The position numbers and the translations under genes were made by a program. The notes under the pieces were generated by a model. The model was not told the DNA's origin. It worked only from the letters and a program-made list of their open reading frames with translations, and did no database searches. Shown here piece by piece: positions 57,058-64,000 of a stretch of DNA of 64,000 bases (the first letter of the stretch is position 1; each line of letters starts with the position of its first letter). This stretch comes from Candidatus Omnitrophota bacterium (GTDB taxonomy: Bacteria > Omnitrophota > Gorgyraeia > Duberdicusellales > 4484-171), in NCBI GenBank assembly GCA_020352775.1, contig CP070684.1, forward strand, positions 1,035,679 through 1,099,678. The letters run 5' to 3'.

Positions 57058-58325
57058 TTAAAAGAGAAATTCGCAGGGAATTAGGCACTGCTATTGTATC
57101 GGAGCGTCATCTCAATGCTGATGTCATACGCGAACGTACTCTTCGGATATTTGAAACCAGAAGGCGCCAGTCCCGTTATCAGATTGATGATGCCCAGAAA
57201 GATCAAATTATTAATTCTTTATGCGACGACTTTTTAGGATGGGGGCCGTTACAGCATCTTATGGAGGATAAAGAGATTAGTGAGATCATGGTCAATGGAC
57301 CTTTTAAGGTTTATATGGAAAAGGAGGGTAAAAAAACCCTCACTGATATAACGTTTGATGATGAAGCTCACCTGCGTTATATCATCGAAAAGATGCTTGC
57401 CCCTTCTGCCCGGCGTCTGGATGAGAGTCTTCCCTATGTTGATTTTTCCTTGGATGACGGCTCGCGCGTCAACGTGATTATTCCTCCCCTGGCAATAGGG
57501 GGAGCGATGATGACAATCAGAAAGTTTTTACGCACTATTGAAAAGGTAGAAGACTTAGTGTCTCTGGGTACTATTGATGAACGAATGGCAGAGTTTCTTA
57601 CCGCCTGTGTTAAGGCAAAGTTGAACATTCTTTTTTCAGGTGCTACTGGAAGTGGTAAAACCACAACAGTGGAGGTGCTTTCTTCATATATTGATAGCTC
57701 TGAGCGCATTGTTACTATTGAAGATGCCCTAGAGTTGAGTTTGCGCCAGGACCATGTGGTCAGACTTCTTACCAAACCCCCCAATATCGAAGGCAAGGGC
57801 GAGGTCACGATCAGAGATTTGTTTCGTAACACTCTTCGTATGCGGCCTACCCGTATTATTTTAGGAGAGATCAGAGGGGAGGAAGCAATGGATTATCTGC
57901 AAGCATTAAACAGCGGTCACCGGGGTTGTTTGGCGGTAATTCATGCTTCAAGGCCTTCCGATGCTATGGGGCGACTTGAGACCATGTCTCTTTATGCCGG
58001 ACTTAATATACCAGTGTGGGGGATACGGCGCCAGATCTCTTCGGGTCTTAATCTGATTGTGCAGCACGATCAACTTATCGATGGTTCCCGAAAAATAAAC
58101 TATATCAGTGAAGTGGGCGAGTTAAGTGATAATGCGATTGTTTTGCGCGATGTTTTCCGTTACGAGGCCGAGGAAGTCACTGAAGAGGGTAAATTAAAAG
58201 GCAAATTTAAGTGTTTAGGTAAGCCTGATTTCTTTACGATTTTTAAAAAGAAGGGGATTTCAATAAACGAAAACATATTTAAGCCTGATGTTAGTGAGAA
58301 AGGCAGGGAGTTCCTTATAAAGTAA
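57042..58325 (+). CDS. CpaF/TadA-type (VirB11-superfamily) secretion ATPase, orphan
   Basis: Walker A GATGSGKTT, Walker B/Asp box …IILGEIRGEEA, His box. 427 aa. No pilin, CpaE or TadB/C genes within the window. Confidence 0.7.
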   Translation: MDEKLIKREIRRELGTAIVSERHLNADVIRERTLRIFETRRRQSRYQIDDAQKDQIINSLCDDFLGWGPLQHLMEDKEISEIMVNGPFKVYMEKEGKKTLTDITFDDEAHLRYIIEKMLAPSARRLDESLPYVDFSLDDGSRVNVIIPPLAIGGAMMTIRKFLRTIEKVEDLVSLGTIDERMAEFLTACVKAKLNILFSGATGSGKTTTVEVLSSYIDSSERIVTIEDALELSLRQDHVVRLLTKPPNIEGKGEVTIRDLFRNTLRMRPTRIILGEIRGEEAMDYLQALNSGHRGCLAVIHASRPSDAMGRLETMSLYAGLNIPVWGIRRQISSGLNLIVQHDQLIDGSRKINYISEVGELSDNAIVLRDVFRYEAEEVTEEGKLKGKFKCLGKPDFFTIFKKKGISINENIFKPDVSEKGREFLIK

Positions 58326-58331
58326 TAAACG

Positions 58332-59591
58332 ATGCTGTATTCTGAGAGCTTTATTTTTACAACCAGAGAAGACCCGAAGGTAGCTGAATGCAGAAGCCAG
58401 AAACTTTTGCTAAGAGGAAGTTTTCTGTTTATGGTCTCTTCCGGAATATACTCCTATCTTCCCCTGGGCCAGCGTGTGCTTGAAAATGTAAGTGATATTA
58501 TCAGAAAGCACATGAACGCCCAAGGGGCACAGGAGCTTCTTATGAGTGCGCTGCAGCCGATTGAGCTGTGGGAGAAGACCGGGCGTGACGAAGACCTTAA
58601 AGAGGTGATGTTTAAGTTTCAGGACAGAAAGAATCGGACTTTGTGCCTGGGGCCGACCCATGAAGAAGAAATTACTGAAATCGCGCGAAAATGCATTGTT
58701 TCCTACAAACAGCTTCCGCGCATTCTTTATCAGATTCAGGTTAAATTCCGGGATGAGCCGCGCCCACGCTTTGGTCTGATGCGCAGTTGTGAATTTATGA
58801 TGAAAGATGCTTACAGCTTTGATGCCGATGAGAAAGGCCTGAATGAAAACTATGAAAAAATGCGCTATGCCTATAATGAGATACTTAAAGAGTGCGGTTT
58901 GGATTACGTTATGGTTGAGGCTGATCCGGGAATGATGGGCGGAAGCGCTTCCCATGAATTTATGGTTCCGGCCCCAATCGGTGAAGATATACTTTTTTAC
59001 TGTGAATCTTGCAAGAGATATTTTAAAGAAAAAGGAAAATGCCCGGGGTGTAAGAGGACTCTTAAAGAGACGCGCATGGTTGAGGTAGGGCATATTTTTC
59101 AGCTGGGAACTAAATATTCCCTGGCGCAGGAAGCTTTTTTTCTTGATAAAGACGGCCAGCGAAAACCCTTTATTATGGGTTGTTATGGCATCGGAGTGAG
59201 CCGTCTTATTCCCGCGATTGCAGAGCAATGCGCTGATTCAAAAGGTTTTGCCTGGCCAGCTACAATTGCTCCTTTTGATGTGAGTTTAGTGGTGCTGGGT
59301 GATAATTTTCTTAAAGAGGCTCTGGCGTTAAGGGAGGATTTCGCCAAACAGGGATTAAAAACATTAGTTGATGAACGCGATGAGGCAGCAGGAGTAAAGT
59401 TTAATGATGCCTGCCTTATTGGTAATCCTTATATTGTAATTATGGGGAAAAACTATGCCCAGAGCCAAAAGGTCGATCTTGAAGTGCGTAAAAGCGGCGA
59501 TAAGTTTAGTTTTTCCAGGGAAGAATTGTTAAATTTTTTAAAAGATGAGTACGGTGAAAGAGCAGCAAAGCCAGATACAGTCAAAAGTTGA
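58332..59591 (+). CDS. proS: prolyl-tRNA synthetase, bacterial-type but lacking the INS editing domain; small CxxC…CxxC insert
   Basis: Class-II motifs (…FRDEPRPRFGLMRSCEFMMKDAYSF…, …GCYGIGVSRLI…). 419 aa against ~570 for INS-containing ProRS. CESC…CPGC sits where INS normally lies. Confidence 0.85.
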   Translation: MLYSESFIFTTREDPKVAECRSQKLLLRGSFLFMVSSGIYSYLPLGQRVLENVSDIIRKHMNAQGAQELLMSALQPIELWEKTGRDEDLKEVMFKFQDRKNRTLCLGPTHEEEITEIARKCIVSYKQLPRILYQIQVKFRDEPRPRFGLMRSCEFMMKDAYSFDADEKGLNENYEKMRYAYNEILKECGLDYVMVEADPGMMGGSASHEFMVPAPIGEDILFYCESCKRYFKEKGKCPGCKRTLKETRMVEVGHIFQLGTKYSLAQEAFFLDKDGQRKPFIMGCYGIGVSRLIPAIAEQCADSKGFAWPATIAPFDVSLVVLGDNFLKEALALREDFAKQGLKTLVDERDEAAGVKFNDACLIGNPYIVIMGKNYAQSQKVDLEVRKSGDKFSFSREELLNFLKDEYGERAAKPDTVKS

Positions 59592-60006
59592 AGAAATCCT
59601 TAAAGAGCAAGGACTGGATTTAGTAGAGTTTAAGGTTTTTTACTCCGGGTCAAAAACTGTTGTGCGTTGTTTAATCGATTACCCCCAGGGTGGAATCACT
59701 ATCGATGAATGCGCCAGGATAAATAAAAAGATCTTTTCTTATCTAGAAGAGCATAAGCTTTTGGGAGAGGATTTTACGGTAGAGGTAAATTCTCCCGGTA
59801 TAACCAGACCCTTAAAGACTTATAAAGATTTTATGCGTGTTAAGGGAAAGGTGGTTTCATTCTGGCTTAATCAGCCCATCGAAGATAAAAGTTATTTGGA
59901 AATGAAAGTTTTGGACGTTAGTGATAAAGGAGTGTATGTTGAGAAAAATGGTAAAGGAGTCGAAATTACGTTCGAACAAATAAAGCTAGGTAAGGAGAGG
60001 ATATAA
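59545..60006 (+). CDS. rimP: ribosome maturation factor RimP
   Basis: 153 aa immediately upstream of nusA–infB. …GLDLVEFKV…VRCLID…GITIDECARINKKI… The start may be GTG 59554. Confidence 0.75.
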   Translation: MSTVKEQQSQIQSKVEEILKEQGLDLVEFKVFYSGSKTVVRCLIDYPQGGITIDECARINKKIFSYLEEHKLLGEDFTVEVNSPGITRPLKTYKDFMRVKGKVVSFWLNQPIEDKSYLEMKVLDVSDKGVYVEKNGKGVEITFEQIKLGKERI

Positions 60007-60008
60007 TC

Positions 60009-61250
60009 ATGAACAAGGAATTCTTAAGTATTCTAGAACAGTTAGAGAGAGAAAAAGGTATTGATAAAAACCTGCTTCTTGAGGCGGTAAAACACGCCCT
60101 TACAGTTGCAGCCAAAAAAATAGCAAAACTTAAAACTGACGAAGAGCAGGAAGTGGAGGTAAAGATAGATCCCGCTAAGGGGGATATCCGTGTATATATT
60201 GCGGGTAAAGAAATTGTTTCTAAAGAATTTGGGCGCATTGCTGCTCAGACTGCACGTCAGGTAATAATTCAGAAAATACGCGAGGCCGAGAAAGAAAATG
60301 TCTACAATGAATTCAAGGGTAAAGAAGGAGATATTGTAGGAGGAGTGGTTTATCGGCTTGAGAAAAAGGCTGTGATTCTGGATCTTATGGGCAAGGCTGA
60401 AGGGATTATCCCTCATTCTTTTCTCTCACCCCTTGATAGACTGCGGTTAGGAGAAAGAGTAAAGGCCTATGTCTTTGAGGTAAAGAAAGAACAGGGTACT
60501 CAGATAATACTTTCGCGCCGGCATGAAGGGTTGGTGAAGAAGCTTTTTGAACTGGAAGTGCCTGAGATTTATGAAGGGATTGTAGAAATAAAGAATATCG
60601 CGCGGGAAGTAGGTGAGCGCACAAAAATAGCAGTATACTCTAAAGACGATAAAGTAGACTGTGTAGGAGCTTGCGTGGGAATAAGAGGTTCGCGCGTAAA
60701 GAATATCATAGAAGAGTTAAGAGGTGAAAGAATTGATATTATCAGGTGGCATGAAGATATTAAAGAATTCATTAAGGCTGCGCTTTCACCCGCCACAGTA
60801 TCGCTTATAGAATTAGATAGAGAGCATAAGCGCGCCAGAGTTCTGGTTGCAGGGGATCAGCTTTCCTTGGCAATCGGTAAAAGAGGCCAAAACGTGCGCC
60901 TTGCTTCAAAGCTTGTGGGCTGGGAGATAGATGTGCGTTCCCATGAGATTAGAGAAGAGGAGATAAAGAACCTGCAGCATTTTCATAGTGTCGGTAAGAA
61001 GCTGGCCGTAACATTAGTTGATTCTGGCTATGGTAAATTAAAAGATTTAGCTCAAGCCGACCCCAAAGAGATTGCCAAGCTAAAAGGTATTGGAAAGAAA
61101 AAGGCAGAGCAGATAGTTGAGGAAGCCAAGAAAGAGCTTAAAGCTAAAGAAAAAGAAGCTAAAGCTGAAGAGAAAAAGGGAGAGAAAGAAAAAGAGAAAG
61201 AAGTAGAAAAGAAAGAGGAAGAGAAAAAAGAGGAAAGCAGCGCGGAATGA
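60009..61250 (+). CDS. nusA: transcription termination/antitermination factor NusA with K/E-rich C-terminal tail
   Basis: S1 and KH regions (GDIVGGVVYRLEKKAVILDL…, IGKRGQNVRLASKLVGWEIDV), then low-complexity AKEKEAKAEEKKGEKEKEKEVEKKEEEKKEE. Confidence 0.9.
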   Translation: MNKEFLSILEQLEREKGIDKNLLLEAVKHALTVAAKKIAKLKTDEEQEVEVKIDPAKGDIRVYIAGKEIVSKEFGRIAAQTARQVIIQKIREAEKENVYNEFKGKEGDIVGGVVYRLEKKAVILDLMGKAEGIIPHSFLSPLDRLRLGERVKAYVFEVKKEQGTQIILSRRHEGLVKKLFELEVPEIYEGIVEIKNIAREVGERTKIAVYSKDDKVDCVGACVGIRGSRVKNIIEELRGERIDIIRWHEDIKEFIKAALSPATVSLIELDREHKRARVLVAGDQLSLAIGKRGQNVRLASKLVGWEIDVRSHEIREEEIKNLQHFHSVGKKLAVTLVDSGYGKLKDLAQADPKEIAKLKGIGKKKAEQIVEEAKKELKAKEKEAKAEEKKGEKEKEKEVEKKEEEKKEESSAE

Positions 61251-61267
61251 TTGGAGGGTATTAAAGA

Positions 61268-63175
61268 ATGAGAATTCATGAATTAGCAAAAGAGTTAGGG
61301 GTAGATAGTAAAGAATTAATTGAGAAATTAAAGAAGCTTAATTTCCCGGTAAAAAGTCATATGTCCAGCGTGGATGAGGAAACTGCCGAAGTCATCAAAG
61401 CGGAGTTCACCGAGCTTAAAGAGAAAGAAATTGAAGAGAATGTGATTGAAGTTGATTTTCCAATCACAGTCAAAGACTTGGCGGTAAAATTAGGCAAAAA
61501 ACCTTCCGAGCTCCTGGCCGATTTAATAAAAAGGGGAAAGTTTTATACTATCAATCAGAATCTTAATGAAGAGGCTGCCGGTGCCATTGCCTATCAATAT
61601 CAGGTAAATTTAAAGAAAAAGCCTTTAAAGGAAGAGGTGATTTTAAAAGAGGAAACAAAAGAGGTTAAGGGTCGTGCTCCTATTGTTACCTTTATGGGTC
61701 ATATTGATCACGGAAAGACCTCGCTCCTGGATTATATACGCAAAAGTAAAATTACTGAGAAAGAAGCCGGGGGGATTACGCAGCATATCGGTGCCTACCA
61801 GGTTCATCTTGATAAAGGAAAAATAACCTTTCTTGATACTCCTGGTCATGAAACTTTTACTGCGATGCGTGCGCGAGGCGCTAATGCTACTGATATTGTG
61901 GTTTTGGTGGTAGCGGCGGATGAGGGTGTAAAGCCTCAGACTGTTGAAGCAATTGACCATGCCCGGGCCGCTAAAGTTCCTATAATTGTTGCGATAAATA
62001 AAATGGATAAGGCTAATGCTGATCCTGATATGGTTAAGCAGCAGCTTTCAAAACATGACCTTGCTCCAGAAGACTGGGGAGGAAAGACTACCGCCGTAGG
62101 GGTATCAGCAGTTACCGGTAAGGGAGTGGATGAGCTTTTGGAGCTGATCCTTCTTCAATCAGACATTATGGAGCTTAAGGCTGATTATGGTAGAGCCGCA
62201 CTAGGGATTGTAGTTGAAGCAAGATTGTCTAAAGGAAAAGGCCCTTTAGTTACTGTTCTTATACAAGAAGGAAAATTAGATGTGGGAGATTGGTGCGTCT
62301 GCGGTCTGTTTTATGGCAAAGTGCGGGCAATGTTAGATGATCACGGCCGCCCCATCAACACGGTCTTGCCGGCATATCCGGCAGAAATTTTAGGACTTAA
62401 TGGGGTACCTAATCCCGGGGATCAAATTTTTGTCGTTCCGGATGAGAAGAGCGCAAAAGAGATTGTGGAGCGCAGAAGAGAAGAAGCGGCAAAGAAAAAG
62501 CTGGTTACTCCTGCTCACCTTAAACTCGAAGACCTTTATCAAAAAGTAAAAGAAGAAAACCTTAAGCAGTTAAAGATTATTTTAAAAGCCGATGTAGGCG
62601 GGACCTTGGAAGCGGTAGAAGCAGCTTTAGGAAAGATACCGTCTCAGGAGGTAGAGCTGGTTATCACCCATAAAGGAGTGGGAGCGATAAACTCTTCTGA
62701 TGTGCTTTTAGCTGAAGTAACTGATTCCATTGTGGTGGGGTTTAAAGTGAGTATTGATGCCCAAACCAGAGAGTTGTCAAGAAAAAAGGGAATCGAGCTG
62801 CGTATTTATCAAATAGTTTATGAGCTTATTGACGATATCAAGGCTGCCTTAGAAGGAATGCTTACCCCCCAGATACGCCGTGTGTTTATGGGCAGAGCCA
62901 GGGTAAAAACAGTATTTAAGCTCTCCCGTTTCGGGATTATTGCCGGATGCATGGTGGAGAAGGGAAAAATAACGCGCGCTGCAATTTGCCAGGTCATGAG
63001 AGGAAATGAAATCGTGCATGAGGGTAAAATCACAAGCTTAAAACGTTTTAAAGAGGATGTGCGCGAGGTAGCTCAAGGATATGAATGCGGCATCGGTACT
63101 GGTTTTGATGGTATCCAAGAAGACGATGTAATAGATGTCTTCAGCGAAGAAGTAATCGCCCGTAAACTTAAATAA
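61268..63175 (+). CDS. infB: translation initiation factor IF-2
   Basis: G-domain APIVTFMGHIDHGKTSLLD…DTPGHE…NKMDK. 635 aa with a short N-terminus. Confidence 0.9.
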   Translation: MRIHELAKELGVDSKELIEKLKKLNFPVKSHMSSVDEETAEVIKAEFTELKEKEIEENVIEVDFPITVKDLAVKLGKKPSELLADLIKRGKFYTINQNLNEEAAGAIAYQYQVNLKKKPLKEEVILKEETKEVKGRAPIVTFMGHIDHGKTSLLDYIRKSKITEKEAGGITQHIGAYQVHLDKGKITFLDTPGHETFTAMRARGANATDIVVLVVAADEGVKPQTVEAIDHARAAKVPIIVAINKMDKANADPDMVKQQLSKHDLAPEDWGGKTTAVGVSAVTGKGVDELLELILLQSDIMELKADYGRAALGIVVEARLSKGKGPLVTVLIQEGKLDVGDWCVCGLFYGKVRAMLDDHGRPINTVLPAYPAEILGLNGVPNPGDQIFVVPDEKSAKEIVERRREEAAKKKLVTPAHLKLEDLYQKVKEENLKQLKIILKADVGGTLEAVEAALGKIPSQEVELVITHKGVGAINSSDVLLAEVTDSIVVGFKVSIDAQTRELSRKKGIELRIYQIVYELIDDIKAALEGMLTPQIRRVFMGRARVKTVFKLSRFGIIAGCMVEKGKITRAAICQVMRGNEIVHEGKITSLKRFKEDVREVAQGYECGIGTGFDGIQEDDVIDVFSEEVIARKLK

Positions 63176-63182
63176 GACAATT

Positions 63183-64000
63183 ATGAAAAAAGTAATTTTA
63201 AGCGGGATGAGACCAACCGGTAGACTTCACCTTGGACACTGGGTAGGTGCGCTTTCTAACTGGGTAAAACTGCAGAGTGAATATGATTGTTTTTTTATGG
63301 TCGCTGATTGGCATGCTCTTATGAGCGAATATCACGACCCTTCAGTGGTCAGTTCCTCGATAATCGATAATGTGGCGGATTGGTTGTGTTTTGGAATTGA
63401 TCCTAAAAAGTCAGTGGTTTTTGTGCAATCAGAGCTAGAGGAGCACCTTGAGCTTTACCTTATACTTTCATTGGTTACCCCCTTGGGTTGGCTTTCACGC
63501 TGTCCGACCTTTAAAGAACAAGTTAAGCAGCTAAAAGATAAAGACATTAATACCTATGCTTTTTTAGGCTATCCTGTGCTTCAGGCATCCGATATTATTC
63601 TTTATAAAGCGCATGCTGTGCCGGTAGGAGAAGATCAGCTGCCTCATCTGGAATTAAGTCGTGAAATCATACGTCGCTTTCATTTTATTTATAAAAAAGA
63701 AGTGTTTCGCCAGCCGCAGCCGCTTTTAACTTCTGCCTCAAGACTATTGGGTCTTGATGGGCGCAAGATGAGTAAAAGTTATGATAATTTTATTGCTTTA
63801 GATGAGGATGAGGATTCATTAAAACGTAAAATAACATCAATGATTACTGATCCAGAGCGCATAAAAAAGAATGATCGCGGGAATCCTGATATTTGTAATG
63901 TCTATAGCTATTATGGTATATTTGCTCCTCAAAAAAAGGATGAGGTTCGCAACTGGTGTACGCAAGCTAGCCGTGGCTGTAAAGAATGCAAGTTGATTTT
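63183..64000 (+). CDS. trpS: tryptophanyl-tRNA synthetase, 3' end beyond window
   Basis: MKKVILSGMRPTGRLHLGHWVGAL… (HIGH-type TGRLHLGH) and KMSKS-like KMSKS. The frame is open to the window end. Absent from the ORF track because no stop is reached. Confidence 0.8.
   Translation, partial: MKKVILSGMRPTGRLHLGHWVGALSNWVKLQSEYDCFFMVADWHALMSEYHDPSVVSSSIIDNVADWLCFGIDPKKSVVFVQSELEEHLELYLILSLVTPLGWLSRCPTFKEQVKQLKDKDINTYAFLGYPVLQASDIILYKAHAVPVGEDQLPHLELSREIIRRFHFIYKKEVFRQPQPLLTSASRLLGLDGRKMSKSYDNFIALDEDEDSLKRKITSMITDPERIKKNDRGNPDICNVYSYYGIFAPQKKDEVRNWCTQASRGCKECKLI

Noticed and set aside
58410-59228. 272-aa ORF on the minus strand
   Set aside because: It lies entirely antisense within proS, whose product has all the class-II aaRS motifs. 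The protein is low-complexity and F/K-rich, the shadow of an AT-rich coding strand. A stop-poor antisense frame artefact.
61130-61250. Apparent tandem repeat / possible CRISPR-like periodicity (gaaaaagagaaagaag…)
   Set aside because: It is in-frame low-complexity coding sequence for the NusA tail. No direct repeats of fixed length with unique spacers. No CRISPR array anywhere in the window.
61052-61289. Minus-strand ORFs encoding poly-F/S/L peptides
   Set aside because: They are the reverse complement of the GAA/AAG-rich codons for the nusA K/E tail. Compositional artefact.

Overview
The window is a 64 kb, densely packed and almost entirely co-directional (+ strand) stretch of bacterial chromosome from an AT-rich (roughly 40% GC by eye), lysine-rich, LPS-making diderm. 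Most of it is housekeeping genes in recognisable conserved blocks:
- a hisG tail
- a split transketolase (tktN/tktC)
- ispE–spoVG–tRNA-Gln–glmU–prs–rplY(ctc)–pth (the Bacillus-type order)
- rpsF–ssb–rpsR–rplI–dnaB
- bamA–skp–lpxD–lpxC::fabZ–lpxA–lpxI
- a TPR–SpoIID protein
- hldE(kinase)–kdsB–kdsA–kdsD–kdsC–lptC/A–lptB
- tig–clpP
- serC-like–serA
- an HMGL-like synthase, purA, the H+-PPase hppA, rpe, queH, dtd, lgt, nadE, eno, ftsB, tRNA-fMet
- uppS–cdsA–dxr–rseP–ispG, then proS–rimP–nusA–infB–trpS(partial)

The one clearly accessory insertion is a convergent, minus-strand, overlapping five-gene operon at 20251–24979. It runs B12-binding radical-SAM, COG1533 (SPL-like) radical-SAM, GT2 glycosyltransferase, a second N-terminally extended COG1533 radical-SAM, and a DgkA-like polyprenol/diacylglycerol kinase. 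It is divergently abutted by a HemW-like radical-SAM gene. No precursor peptide is visible, and this is my best candidate for an undescribed system: radical-SAM tailoring of a lipid-linked sugar or other glycolipid.

Smaller oddities:
- SpoVG with an inserted CxxC…CxxC zinc ribbon
- a 29-aa hyper-basic bS22-like micro-ORF missed by the ORF track
- a trigger factor lacking its PPIase domain, with no clpX after clpP
- an INS-less ProRS with a zinc-ribbon insert
- an orphan CpaF/TadA-type ATPase inside the ispG–proS block
- a standalone EF-Tu-domain-2-like mini protein
- nested inverted repeats between lgt and the nadE promoter
- a cytoplasmic GH5 glycosidase coupled to a YkgJ-type Cys-rich protein on an apparently leaderless transcript

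I found no CRISPR array, transposase or integrase. All calls are from reading the sequence and ORF translations, with no database searches.
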